A stretch of 64,000 nucleotides of DNA, from assembly GCF_009914755.1 (NCBI RefSeq), contig NC_060933.1; one strand, 5' to 3'. This DNA comes from the human T2T-CHM13v2.0 reference genome, Homo sapiens. A model generated the notes under the pieces. That model worked only from the letters and a program-made list of their open reading frames with translations. It did not search any database and was not told the origin of the DNA. The position numbers and the translations under genes were made by a program. Shown here in pieces: positions 29,393 through 44,138 of the stretch (the first letter of the stretch is position 1; the number at the start of each line of letters is the position of its first letter).

Positions 29393-30459
29393 CTGAAAAT
29401 AAATATTAAAGGAAAAATGATCAATATAAGCAGAAAGTAAAATAAATGATTATACACTAGAATTTAAGTGTTTTAAAGCCAATGGTTTGAACAAAAACCA
29501 AATATGCTTACAATAAGGACTTTAAAAAATGACTCTTAGGAATGCAAATTAGGTTTGTTTAAACAAAAATAAAAAGTTTAGATACCAAATAATCTCTTAG
29601 GAAAATTTTTTCTTCCCTTTCTAAAAGTACAGGTTTATTGATGCGGTTTGATTTGCCATGGCCCATGCATACAGAATGGTCTGTGGGCTCTCAGTGAATG
29701 CTTTTGACTCGGTAGCACCTGGTAGACTAAAGCGAAAAATGAAAGAAAGAAAAAGGAAACCACAACCACAATTAGCACCTTGCTGGAATAATGTCAAAGA
29801 TCTCTTAAAGCCACCGTTCTTTTGTAAACCCTTCTCTGATGAAAGAAAAGTGAACTGCTGTTACCAGCACCCCGACCCTTGTTCCAGGGTCACTAATAAC
29901 ATAAAAAGCAGAACTTGTATATACAGCAAATACAGAACTTTGCGTTGACCTATTTCTGGGCATCTTTAATATACGTTGCACGATTTCACTGCTTTCCTCA
30001 CCCTTGCTACTATTCCACTGGACTCCTTTTATTTCAAGAATTAGACAACTTTTCTGGCAAATGGTGGTGAATCCAGGCCTCTGGGAATGCCACATGACCC
30101 TTAAGTCACACCGGGGCAGGGTCCACAGTGGCCATGGAGCCTGCTTGCTAGCTGGTCTATGTCCAAAACTAGAGATGAGAACTCCCACAAACAACAGTAA
30201 CCCTGCACCCAGCCCACCCCATTCTCATCTATGTTAAGTGGGTGTAATGAGTGTGAGGAATACCTTAGCAGGGGAGGTTATGGCCTACTTGCTTCTGTCC
30301 TAGGGTGAGAATAAGTTTGAAAATCCTCAGAATTGAAATACATCTGAGAAACAAACAAACAAAACTAGATTCTAAGAACTGGCAATTTGACTGGATTTTA
30401 CATAAAGCTTCAGGGCTGACCAAGGAATTAGATGCAGTTCAGAGATGTGAAGCATGGGT

Positions 30460-30625
30460 AGTGCAGCAACATGGAGCACTGAAATCAAAGAGCTGGGATT
30501 TGAATCCTAGCCACAGATGACCAGTTATGAAATCTTGGCTAGGTTATTAGTCCTCTTTTTGCCTCAGATTCCTCACTTAACAAATTGGAGACAATAAAAA
30601 TCACCTATCTTATAGAGTTGTTACT
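30460..30625 (+). mobile_element. MIR
   Basis: ctgggatttgaatcctagc...gcctcagattcctcacttaacaaattggagacaataaaaatcacctatcttatagagttgtt. Confidence 0.75.
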
Positions 30626-31366
30626 ACTGGAGATAAAAATATAAACCCCATGATAAGCATGTTACCAACAAATTAAGATCTTAGGGCCAGTGGAACCTGC
30701 GATCAGCTATATACCGAATTACGCACACTGGCCTCCAGACAGTCCAAAATGATCCGCAAATCTTTATTCAGAAAATTTACCAGAACAAAAGGCACCACAC
30801 TGCTTTTCAACCATACATAGCATGAAAAGACAGAAAATCATTCAATTAGCATATGTGTTTCACTGCTGTGAACTGAGGAGCCACTGATGTTTGACATCCA
30901 CCCACCCACCTTCTTTAGAAACAGAATGAAAGAAGGAGTGAGAGGAAGTTGTAAGATCTCAGTAGGGGATAAAACAGGTGCCACATTAAGTCATTATTCT
31001 GAAAAATATATATACATTTTTAAGAGTATTATAACAAAATGTCCCAATTTAATGCACTTCTATTTTAAGAAACTCTTATTTCTTGAGCAATTAATTTTTA
31101 CCAGGTTAAATTCATTTCAGTAATTATTGAGAAACTTCTAAGTAACAATCACTGTACAAGGTGCTAAAAGTCATGAATACAAAAAAGGACACTGACTGTC
31201 TTGCCTGGTCGGGGAAAGAGATGTTTTGACTCTTCTGGACCACTGTAACTTACTATCATATAGAAAGATTTTTGTTGCTTTTGTTATTGTTTATAGTTCA
31301 TTATACTTTATTTTATATAGGGTAAACTTAATAAAGTAAATATATTAAGTACAAAACCTTCTTTAT

Positions 31367-31689
<323 letters not shown>

Positions 31690-34600
31690 TCACACAAGAT
31701 TATTTTTCATCACCCAATTGTACTTTGTAAATGCCTACCCTTCATATCTTCCTCCTGCAGCTCCCTGAGATGAGATGGCCCTCTTTCTACACACTCTAGT
31801 CTCATCCTTCAAAATCCAGCCCAACCACCACCCACTCTGTAAACTGCTCCTCCAACTCCTTCTACCACCCACTGGCCCAGCCAGAAATCTCCTTCCTCTG
31901 TACTTGTATAGCACCTAGTTTGTACTAATTTTATACTTTGTACTTTCAGATTTTCTGAGAGATCTGTTTTCAAGTCTTGCAGTCATTGCTGGATTATCAG
32001 ATCCTTTATTTACAGAAGTGACTGGGTTTTGTTCATCTCTATATCTTCCTTAATGACTAACTCGTTGCCTATATATAGAGTAAGTACTAAATAAACACAG
32101 AACAAAATTTTAAAATTCAACTTTACAAACAGGGTCACACATTAACATCTTAGTCATTTTATTACAATGTAGATACAGATGGTTTAAGATTTATGGATAA
32201 TTATACTAACCTCTGTTATTCCCTAGAACTTGTTTGCTGAAGAGTGTATTTAGGCTTTTGGGTCACATGAGAAAGAGTAATGATTAGGGTCGGATTGTAT
32301 CTCTTACTTTGTTGTGTACTAATGTGTAATGTCAAGCATTTAATACAAAGTAAAAACCAAAGAACTGGAAGTGTTTAAATAGTAAGAGCCCAAAAATATT
32401 TGTGAAACACATCGATGAATAAGTGATGAACATTTCAATGTATTTACATAAACTATATCAGAGGTAATACAAAATAACATTACAATATCTATGTGTAATC
32501 TGAAGTTCATTTCCTTATTACTCCAATGAGAAGTCAGAGATCCATCTGCTCCTAAGTCATGACCATTAAGATGGAGTGGGGTGTGAGCCTGTTGGAAGCC
32601 AAATCATGAAGAAGGGATGAGTCAGCTCAAGGCCAATTCTACCAGTGGGAAGACAGTCAGGCAGTCAAACACAGACAATACAATGACTATTGCAGCTATT
32701 CACAGAAAAAAAGAAGACAATTCAGAATGTAGCAGGGTGTTTCTCCACTCCCCACCCCCAACTTCCCAGGTTCTAAGAAATTGGAATCTACGGAAACAAT
32801 GGAAAGAGGTAGTTTACCGAAACCATGAAAAGCATTGGAAATATATCAGAACTTCTTTGGAACCTACTGGATAAAATGCAAAAAACCACAGAGGTCCCAC
32901 TGGGCTCTACTCCTGCATGGAGCCCAGTGAGACTTTAGTGGAGGAAGGTTTCCTGAGGACGAGTGATGATGCCTATTAACCATGTACCTATGGGAACAGG
33001 GACAGGTGAGAATCAGCCAAGTGGGGTAGCCTGGGAGAAGCACCGGAAGCAGATGGCTGCCACCTTCATGCATCTCTGCAGGCAGCATAGCCTTTGTAAC
33101 GGACAGGCATTAACCAAGACGTGGCAGAGTGAAAAAGAAATCATGGATGAAATAGTACTCAGATACTTAAAATAGTACTTGGATACCTACTAGTGCTTAC
33201 TCATTAGCATACAGAAGACAATACTTGAGGGCTGTAGCAAAATAACTGAGAGGATTTTGAAATGGGCAGGGGTCCTGCAGTAGGATAGGGGGTGAAACTC
33301 AGCAAAATGTCAGGTTATCTGCTGCTAACATAACCCCATCTGTAACCTCCAAGGTCCTTGGGCCTTTCAGGAACATGTTTTTCACATTTCATAGACCACT
33401 GTAAATCTAAATAGCTAATACAACAGCTAAAGATCTTAAAGCAATTTGGAGACATTCATATAGTAAATTCCCTTCGTCTACCAAAGGAAATATGAGCATC
33501 TCTGAGGCAGAGCAGCTGCTTAATGGTTACAGAGCAATATTACACAACAGCTTAATCCAGGAAGAAAAGAACAACTCTGCATTTGTGTGATGCTGTATTT
33601 ACACTACATGTGTGCTTTTTAAAAAAAATAAAATTGAGTAGGAAATAAAGACTTCTACAAACTGAAAAGTCTCAAAGGCAATATCAAATTATATTATTTT
33701 ACTTCTTTTTTATTTTTCTCTGACAAAAGCAACAGTAAATCACTACTCAGAAGTTAATATACTGTTTAACCTCCTTTACAAACAATAACAGAGGGACACA
33801 ATGGCATATCTAACTGTTAATATCTCAAATTATAATCAGTACCATTTGAATGTTAAACAACATTTACATAGAAAATCCAAAGGAAGACTGATAATGCTCA
33901 TTTTTACAGTCTACTGTGTTCTATTCTTGAAATTAAAAAAAAAGAAGCCACAGAAAGCAGTTATTAAATTCATGAAAGCCGTCTTCAAGTATTCGAAGGA
34001 CTATTAATGTAGATGGTGGATTTGACTTATTCTGCATAGTTCCAGGAGCTGTTTTTTGGCTCAATAAACAGATTTGTCATCCAATGGGAACAGGCCTAAA
34101 AAGGCATGTGAAATTTTGCAAAGGTAGCATAACCAATATATTCCCAACAACTGTGATGACCTTCACAAGCAGGCATTAACTTCACGTTCACCATTATCTT
34201 ATAAAATATGTCATATTATTGGTGTTGCCATTTTACAGATGAGGAAACTTTCATCTTACAGAGATAGTTTCTCAGTGGCTATAAAGACTCCCACTGGATA
34301 TAAAAATTCTTGCTTTGTGAAGGAAATCTCAAAAAAAAAAAAAAAAAAAAACAGAAAAAAAGAAGAAAGCATCTCAAAAGCCACTGCAACCCACAGATTC
34401 TCCCTTCTTACACAGATGTTTTCCTATGTTAGTTTTCTGGCATTGTTCATTTGGAGAACAAACAGGTGGACATAAGACATCTATAGGCATTTTCCAGCCC
34501 TATGATTGCAATTGTTCACTTTCTTCAACAGAGTTTAAAAGAAGGCTTAATTCTTTTTGTAAAGGGACAAGAAGAGATTACTTTATACTAGCTCTTTGCC

Positions 34601-35029
34601 AATCTTCATATAACTTCAGATACCACAACTAACCCATTGGTAATTTTCTGGTAGTGATGTTACAGGACATAGTTCTATCTTCAGTTTCTCAACTGACTTG
34701 AACTATCCATGGTTAAAGCTAAACTTGTGTTGAAGTTAAAGCTGAAACTGTGATTATAAAATAGAAATATTAATCATTGCAAAGACGGTGATTTTCTTCA
34801 CAGAGATTAAATCTCAGCCTATAGCCCAGGTTAACATTCAAATATTAATTTAGAATTAAGTGTATCTCTCAATATGAAACGTAAACCCACGAGGATGATT
34901 TAGGTGATCTTGGAGGGAGTCAGAAATTTCCCAACTTTAACACGCCCTGATAGCATTATATTTTTTTCAATATTTCCTTCCAGTCCTTTAAACTTTTTCC
35001 GCATATATATATATATTTATTTATAAAAT

Positions 35030-36340
35030 CAATATCAAATTTAAATATAGTTGTATCCAGCTTTTTTCCTATTAACATTGTATCTGTCCTTTTAGATAAA
35101 GTTTTTCAAAAGCATGATCTTTATGACTATATATTGCATGGCTGTATCATACTTTATATTAACCATTCCACTGTTTGGCATTTTAGGTTATTTCCCAATT
35201 TTTAAAATATAATAAACAAATAGCACTGTAATTAACATCCTCATACACAAATCTTTGTCAGCCATTCTCATGATTTCCTTAGGCTGGAGTTCCCAGAATT
35301 AGAATTACAGGGTCAAAGGACATAAACTCTTTTAAAACTCTTGGTAAAAACTGTCAAGCAGCTTTCCACAAAGTTGTTTTGCCAACTTACACTCCTTAGG
35401 GCAAGCTGTGAGCATGTCCATCTCACAGTCCTGCTGCCAGACTTACATATTAGTAGGGATTTGTTTTTAATTGTGGCAAGTTGATAGAGAAAAAAGGTCA
35501 TTACATTAATGTTACAACTTTCATTTATTTCATTTTAATAAAATGGACTCATTTCAGATATATGAGCATATTTCTTTCACCAGAACATTAAGAAACAAAA
35601 CATTTTAAAAATCAGAACATTCATAAATACACAAACATTAAAAATATATAAAATAGAAATTGTGCTAGCAGGAAATTTTTTTCCTAATATCAATGAGATT
35701 GCATCTACAGTTTCACAATGAAAATGTTGGCTATGAATTTATCACTGATTTTTTTTTCTCATTATCTGAAAAAGTACTCACTTATTCCTAGTTTTCTCAG
35801 ATTTTTAAAAAGTTTTCTGACGAGAATGGCTATTGAATATTATCAAATTCTTTTTTGGCATTAGTAGAGATTCTCCGGTTTTTTTCTAACAGCATTTATT
35901 GGTGTTATATATTACTGAATTCGTAGATTTAATTATCTTTGCTCATCCATGGAAGACAGTTCTTAAATTTACTGTTGAACTGGTTGGCTCAGTTTCTTCT
36001 AATATTTCTACAGGTAGCTGGAAAGCTTTTATGGAAATTTTTGTATTTTATTTGTCAAGTTTTTATACCAGGAGTATACACATGCTTCATAAAATGGTTT
36101 TGATCATTGTCCCAATATGTTTTATGCTCTGGAACAAAACAAAATATTATTTCATAAAAAGTTATTGAATGTTTGGAAAACTTTACTAGTAATATCATCT
36201 TCCTTGAATCTGTTGCAGAGAAGACTCTTAGATAACTCTGAATCGTGAATACTATTCTACTTTTGCTTTCTAATGTTGAGATAAATTTTATTATATATTT
36301 TCCAAAAAAATTCAATTTTTCAGATTTATAAATTTATTAG
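35030..36340 (-). mobile_element. Degenerate old L1 fragments (antisense)
   Basis: ttaaccattccactg...catcctcatacacaaatctttg...gaatggctattgaatattatcaaattcttttttggca, typical of antisense L1M. Confidence 0.65.
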
Positions 36341-37732
36341 CACCGTTATTTTACAGTTTACTAAGTGGGCTATGTTTATTTTTATGGCATAATAAAATTA
36401 AATGTATGCCCTCTTATCTTTTTAATGGATGTGGAAGGTATGCCTCTCTCCAACGGTGTTAAAGCATACTAGCTAAAAAGGCAGCCCTGGGGCAAGACTA
36501 TCACCATTTACTATGTAAACCTAAGGCAAGCTGTCTAACTCTTCTACACCTCACATTTCTCTTCCCTAAAATATAGGTAATAATCATACTACCTATGAGT
36601 AGATGCAAAAATTGCATAATCTTTTCAAGTAATAGTAAAGCAGACATCTCAAGAGCAGGAAAAGAAAAAGTAGAATTTCCAAATTAGCAAAGAGAAAAGA
36701 AAACACAATAAATAAGAATGCAATCAAGGCAGCAAAAATAAGAAAATAGGATGTAAAAATATATAATAATATGAAGTAAAATATAAGGGATAAAATAAAA
36801 TACATAAATCACTACAATAAATGTATACGGACTGAATTTTCCCATAAAGGGAGTTTAGGTCAACTGAAAAATACAAAATCCAACTGTTTTCAAGAAACAC
36901 ACCTAACACAAAATGATAATAAAGAGAACAAAAAGTTGTAAATAAATGGGTAGGCAAAGAGAAATCAGGCAAATTCATACAAAAAGGAAGCAGTATCAGC
37001 AACGGTTAAGAGAAAACTTAAGCTGAATTACAACAAAGATAATTATAAATGGATAAAAGGCACAATTAATAAAGAAGATAAATCATAAACCCCACATGCA
37101 CCAAAAAATATTATGAATACAATCTATTAAAATACAAGAAACTTTATAAAAAATAAAGTCACAGTGAGAATTTTTACTATTAATGTATCTTTTTAAGAAT
37201 TGAACATGACTGTTAGACAAAGACTAACTTCATATCATTCAAATACAAATTATATTTTACTGATATGTTCATGGAACTTCTAAAAACATCGATCATGTTT
37301 TTGACCAAAGAGGCAACTTTAACAAATCCCTAAAAGTACAGACTTTTAAGGCCATACTGTCTCATCTTTGGCAAATAAAAGTAAATAACAAAAAAATGAC
37401 TGAATTATCTCAACTACCTAGAAATTAAGAAAATAAACCATGAACCAAAGGGAAAAATCAAAAGGGAAATTATAAACTATCTAAAAAGCAATGAAAAGAA
37501 AAAGAAGAAAGAAAGAAACCCATTACTTACCATAAAAGAAAGAACAGCATCACAACCACCCCAAAAATTAAAAAGATGAAATTAAACATAAAAGCTGAAA
37601 TTAACAGAATAGAAAAAAAGAAATATTTAAAAAAATAAATAAAACAAATGATTCTCTAAAAAGACCAACAAGACAGAAAAACCACTTCCATGCCTGATTA
37701 AGGGAAAAAGAGAAAGTAAAAATATACAAGTA

Positions 37733-38072
37733 TAGTCATGAATGGCTTAACGGCAGGGACACATTCTGAGAAATGTGTTAATAGGCAATTTCATGGTTGT
37801 ATGAACATCACAGAGTGTACTTACACAAACCTAGATGGTATAACCTACTACACACCTAGGCTATATGCATGAAATTGCATATAGCTCCTAGGCTACAAAC
37901 CTGTATAGCATACTACTGTACTGATACCGTAGGGGATTTTAAGACAATGGTATGTGTGTATCTAAACATATCTGAACATAGCAAAGGTACCATAAAAATA
38001 TTATAATCTTATGGGACCACTGCCATATGTAATCTGTCTTCGACTGACCTATCATGATGTGGTACATGACAT
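37733..38072 (+). mobile_element. Tigger3a (MER7-family TcMar-Tigger DNA element)
   Basis: agtcatg...cattctgagaaatgtgtta...cttacacaaacctagatggta...ttataatcttatgggaccac...catgac terminal inverted ends. Confidence 0.85.
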
Positions 38073-38249
38073 ACAAATATAAAAAGAAGACATAACCATA
38101 GAAATCAAATACATTAAAACAATTATGAGAGAATAATACATACAACTTATTGACTACAACTTTCAAAACTTAAATGGGCAAGTATTAGTAAACTAAAAGT
38201 AACCAAAATTGAGCAGAGAAGTGTAAAACCTGAGTGGACCGATTATCCT

Positions 38250-38600
38250 AGTGTAGTGGTTGCCAAATTTGCTGAACACTGGAACCATCTGGGATTCTTG
38301 AAAGCAGTTTATGTTTGGCTTCCAACCCCAGCTATTCTGATTTAATTGATATGGGGTGAGACCTGGACATGAGAACTCTTTTAAAAGTTCCCCCAAGTGA
38401 TTCAAATGTACAGCAAAGTTTGGGAATCACTATGACACCACATTCAGAATGTGGTTCCAGAGCCACTAGCACTGGCATAACTGGGGAGCTTATTAGAAGT
38501 GAAGAAGAATAGGCTCTACCCCAGACCCTCAGAATCAGAATCCACAGCTTAATGAGATCTGCAGGTGATTCATAAGTGTACTTAAAAATTTGACAATCCT
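38250..38600. mobile_element. Two adjacent MER5-family (hAT-Charlie) elements
   Basis: ttctgatttaattg...aaaagttcccccaagtgattcaaatgtacagcaaagtttgggaatcact, then gagcttattagaa...cccagaccctcagaatcagaatc...caggtgattc. Confidence 0.75.
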
Positions 38601-39239
38601 AGAACATACTAGAAATGTGAGTAAGAACCACCTTTGAAAACAGCACCAGGTCCAGGCGAGTGCACAGCTGGATTTTATGTATCCTTTATCTAGTCTTTAG
38701 GTTCCAATGTTATTTACACTCTCCCAGGCCTTAGGAAATAAGACAAGCTTCCTCATGAAGAACACTTTCTTATAAGCCTCTATGAGGCCAGCAAAACTTG
38801 AATACCTAAATTTGTAGCCTCTCTCATCGAAACAAAACAATGAACCAACCAATGAAAGATCAAGCACACAAGTAAATGTGACTTCAAGATGCCTAAATAA
38901 AATATGAAATTGAATACAGCAATATTATCAAAAGAACAATACACTATTATAATCAGGGTTTATTCCATGAATGAGTGCAGCTCACTATGAGAAAAGCTAT
39001 CATTACGATAGAGGAAAAAGTCATATGACCATATCAAGATGCTGAAAATGTACTTGACACCAAGAGGCAGGCTTACCTAATAATAAATCTAAGCACAAAT
39101 AGAGACAAAGCAAATAATACAGACTCTTCAGCAAAATTCAACAATAAATTATTCTAAAAGGGGAACACTAGTCTGTCATTCCTATTTTCCCAACCTCCCC
39201 AGCCTCCTCCTCTTTGCAGCCCTTAAAAATGTAATCTGG

Positions 39240-39530
39240 AAAAAAGCCAGTCACAAAAAGACAAATACTGTATAATTCCACTTACATGAACTATCTAGGG
39301 TAGTCAAACTCATAGAAACAAAGTCACATGGTGGTTGCCAGGGGCTGGGGAGAGTAGGGAATGGAGAGCTGTTATTTAACAGGTATTGAGTTTCAGTTTT
39401 GCAAGATGAAAAGTTTCTGGAGGTTGGTTGCACAATGACGTGAATACATTTCACACTACTGTATTGTACACTTAAAAATGGTTAAGATGACAAATTTAAT
39501 GTTACGCGTATTTCACTAAAATTTAAAAAT
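39240..39530 (+). mobile_element. L1MB-like 3' end
   Basis: agccagtcacaaaaagacaaatactgtataattccactta...ggtggttgccaggggctgggg...tgtacacttaaaaatggttaagatg. Confidence 0.85.
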
Positions 39531-40758
39531 GCAGTCTAAAATTTTGGACCCAGATTGTTAACCACATTCTTGTTTACATATATTCAAGAACAATCTTTTA
39601 CATTGACATTTATGTCTGTCATCTTATTTATAACAATTACTTGGTCATAATTCTCACCTTAATTGTTACTATTCTCATGATTAGTCTCTATCTATATTTT
39701 TATTCATATATTTATGGTTATACTTTCCTGTTCTTAATTTTTTTATTGAGTCATCACATTGCCAGTCAGAATAGGTATTCAAGTAACATTTTTGCAAATA
39801 AAATGAGGAACTCTATTTTTTGATACCATGAGTAATAAAGAATATATTTCCATTGCCTTTGACTGTAGGTGAAACTCCTTGAGTGAAAAACAATGTTTTT
39901 TCCATCACAATTTCAAGTATTCTCCCACTGTCTCCTGTTATTTAATGTCGATAAAAGGAAATCTAGAAGTAACTTGTTTTTCATCCAGGACATTTCAAAA
40001 TTTTCTTCATCCACGAAATGTAAAAATTTCAACAGGATATATTTAGATACAAGCCTCTCATTATGTGGCTGGAATAGCATTAGTCCTTTTAATCCACATA
40101 GATAATTTTTAGCTCATCAAATTTTTCTCCATTTGTCTTTGATCCTACATCCTCCAATTTCTCCACAATGAACACCTAAATAAACCTTGAATTTTCTATT
40201 CTCTCATCATCAACCCTTTTCTCATCATCTTAACCTCTGTGTTTCCTCTGCTTCTGGAATAAGTATCTTGGGGTTGTCCTCTATATCAATGCTTTTTTCC
40301 ACAGTATCAGTGCTGTTTCTTACTCCTCCGATGCAATTTTAACGCTATGAAAGCAATTTAGTTTTTCTTGATATTCTTCCTCATCTCACAGAATACCGCA
40401 TTTATTGAAGCTATTCTTTTGTAGGTTCACTTTTCGTATAAGTCTTCTGGGTAAACATTTTCTCTGGAATTTTTTTCTAGTTCTTTATTTTCAAAGATAT
40501 GTCCTCGTGGTTCTTGATCATATCCCATTTCCCTTGTTCCTCCATATTTTCTCACCAAGGGCATATTGTTGTGTGTGTGTCGGGGGGGGGGGGTTCCCCT
40601 TTTTAACATATTCAGTAATGTAAACTAATTGGAAGAGACAGAAAACAGATCAATAAGTCATCTGAAGATGAGGGTAGACGAAACCTTTGGGATTAGAGGA
40701 AACGTCATCATCCTTGAGTGTGGTACTGATTTCATGAGTATATGCATACGTCAGAACT

Positions 40759-41050
40759 GGCTGGGTGTGGTGGCTCATGCCTGTAATCCCAGCACTCTAG
40801 GAGGCCGAGGCAGGTGGATCACTTGAGTCCAGGAGCTTAAGACCAGCCTGGACAACATAGCGAAACCCTACATCTACTAAAAATACATAGCATGGTGGTA
40901 CGCGCCTCTAGTGCCAGCTGCTCAGGAGGCTGAGGCATGAGAATTGCTTGAACCTGGGAGGCAGGGGTTGCAATGAGCCAAGATCACACCACTGCACTCC
41001 AGACCGGGCAACAGAGTGAGATGCTGTCTCAACAAAACAAAACAAACAAA
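40759..41050 (+). mobile_element. Alu inserted into an old L1 3'-end fragment
   Basis: ggctgggtgtggtggctcatgcctgtaatccc...(AAAAC)n tail; degenerate TSD catacgtcagaact / catatgtcaaaact; L1M-type 3' sequence on both sides. Confidence 0.92.
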
Positions 41051-43036
41051 CACATATGTCAAAACTCATCTAACTGTACACTATATATATGCAACTTATT
41101 GTATGCTATTATACCTCAATAAAGTTAGCAAGTGACCTATAAAGAGTGGTTTCCAAATTTTCAAAAAGTGCTATTTCCACAGCACAAAAAGAATCACAAG
41201 TGAATCAGAAACATTCAGTGTAATCAGGAATATTTTTGAAGGTATGAATTACAACAGTCAGGTATTTTTTTGCAGCTTCTAGAATGTTATCTTACCAGGT
41301 TCCTCATTCATGGTCAAGTGAACTCTAAGAACACTGTAGTATACTCCCTAGTAAACAAAAGCACAAAAGCAGCAAACAGGACTTCTCTATAATTTGTCAA
41401 ACTGGGAGAAGAGAAACTCTATCCACCTGAGATTAGTATTCTGAATCAGCAATTATATTGGAGTGCTACAATTCTCAGTCAGATACCTCTCTACAAAATT
41501 CATCATCAGTATGCTACATAAGATGAGAAGTTCAGAAAAATATTCCAAATAATCATGTCTAGGATGTGGTATACCTACAGGGCATAAGAGGATCACTGTA
41601 AGTATCTCCGCAGAAGTACCCGCTTTTTCTAGGCCTAGGTCAGGTTCTGAGTAAGGGAATGATCCCACACACTGCAAGAACAGGTTATTTATTTAGTCTA
41701 TTATTGGTCTAAGCCTCTGCTTCATAAATCTTGGACATTGTCTGTAGGTAGGCATTGCCTTGGATGATAGGTATACAAAAAAGAAGAATGCAATACTCAC
41801 CCAAAGGGGCTCAGAATTCATTAAGGGGAGTAGATGCGAAAATAGAGATAAAATAGTGCACTAAATGCTAGTACTGTAAAACAGCACTGCAGAGAGGCTC
41901 TGAAGAAGTCTCACTGAGGAGGTGACAAGGGAGTACAAGCATTCTAGGCAGAGAAACAACATGAGCAAAGATACAAAGAAGCAGCACACGGCTAACGCTA
42001 AAGGCATAGTCCATGTGTGCAACGGACAAATCATGAAGGGTCATATTGTATGTCATGCTAACGAGCTAGGCTTAGGCTAGAGTGGAGACCTTGGAACCAT
42101 ACAAGGAGGTGAATGAAATAATCAGATTTGCACATCACCACAGACCTGTAATGGATATATCAGAGGGATTAAGACATGAGGCAAAATATCGCTACAGAGA
42201 TTAGGAAATGATTAAAATGATCTAGGTGAGCTAGTTAAAGAGGCAAAGTGTAAAGGTTTTTAAAGAGTTATTAAGATTCAGCATCAATTACCTTCTTTTT
42301 AAAACATTTTGCCCCTCTCATCAGCAGCCTGAGCCTTTGTATTCATTCCTCTGTTCTTTCTACATTCTTTCTCCCAAAAGCTCACAAGTACTCCCTTCTT
42401 CACCCATCAACATTATATAAGGTAACATTATTCATGTGGGCTATTTTTGGATATCAATTTGGACATGGTAAGCATAAAATAGCAGAATACTTTATCATGT
42501 CCCAACAGACATGATCATCTTCTAGTTCTATCTTACTTATTTAGAAAATACTGCTCTGCTTAGAAAGTACTTCAATTCAGAAAATGACAGCAGTCCAAAA
42601 TACCAAATTTTAAAATGAAAAATCCATTGCATTGAAAACATTACTGCAAAATACACAATGGAGCCAGCATCTTACCATTCATCATGTCACTGTTTGTTTC
42701 ATGACATTAACAAGTGGAAGTGATGATTTTAATAAGATCAAATCTGAAAGTCAAGTGGTTTTCCTGTCTTCTTCCTGCTGAATACTGCAGGAACACACAT
42801 ACATGCAAGGTATAGAGCACTGCGCAAGGGGAAGATATGTCTAGTGGAATCAGGAATTAAAATATCTCAGCAAAAACAGGAGTTTGGTATGAAAGATGCC
42901 AAGGTCCCTAAAGAGCAGAATGTAAGTCAAAAGACCCCAAAAAGATTTGTAACAACTTTGAAAACCAAAACCTGACCATTGTTTCTTAAATTCTTCTATG
43001 ATCAATGACATTATCAAGCAAAAGCTAATAAGAGTC

Positions 43037-43332
<296 letters not shown>

Positions 43333-43857
43333 TCAAATTAACACACAAAAGTCCTTGCTTAAATTATTCATTACCTAGATACGCTTTCATAGTCACGGAG
43401 AAGGAAAGAAAAACTGAGACTTTAGTAGGAGATTTGTCCAAGATCTTTAAATCACATCCTTTAATCCTATAAGGTAGAAAAAGATTAAAACTCCTCGGGT
43501 AATTAGACACATATCTACTTAATATTTTATTCTGTTTGCAATATATTACTATAGAATTGTACTCTCTTTTTAAACATTATGCTTAAATATACAAGTGAGA
43601 GTTGCCTTAGTGCCTGGACAGTTTAGTCCAGCGAGCTTAACTTCTGCAAAGTTCAGTGATTTTAACAAGCCTAGAGCAAGTCCACTATATTTGTGATACA
43701 AAACAATCCCAGCTTTCCGTCTGTGAGGCAGAAAATGCTTTGCATTATTAAATTGTAGCTGTATGTGGCAAAAGCAGATCTTGTAAATACGGAGAGGGAA
43801 AGAATTTAAACTGAGAGGAAACTTTGGATGCAGGAGGCCACCGTAGAAGGAACCTGA

Positions 43858-44138
43858 GGCCAGGCATGGTGGCTCATGCTTATAATCCCAACACTTTGGG
43901 AGGCTGAGGTGGGAGGATCACTTCAGCCCAGGAGCTGGGGACCAGCCTAGGCAACATAGCAAGGCTCTGTCTCTACAAAAAAATTAAAAATTAGCTGGGC
44001 ATGGTGGCACATGCCTGTTGTCCCAGCTACTTGAGAGGCTTGAGGTGGGAAGATTGTTTGAACCCAGGAGGCAGGCTGCAGTGAGCCATGACTATGCCAC
44101 TGCACTCCAGCCTGGGCAACAAGGCAAGACCCCATCTC
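43858..44138 (+). mobile_element. Alu (AluJ-like), A tail absent
   Basis: ggccaggcatggtggctcatgcttataatccc...caagaccccatctc followed by ggggagaggggg. Confidence 0.92.

Larger units (their letters stand above)
36640..39180 (+). mobile_element. Degenerate L1M ORF2-region fragments, interrupted by Tigger3a and MER5 elements
   Basis: A-rich sequence with L1 ORF2-like stretches (aaagctgaaattaacagaatagaaa; gcaccaggtccaggcgagt; ctatgaggccagcaaaacttgaatacc; accatatcaagatgctgaaaatg). Confidence 0.7.

Noticed and set aside
29805-30194. Longest ORF in the track (129 aa, minus strand)
   Set aside because: Non-ATG start, no recognisable homology, no convincing flanking splice sites; length is plausible by chance in a locally GC-richer stretch.
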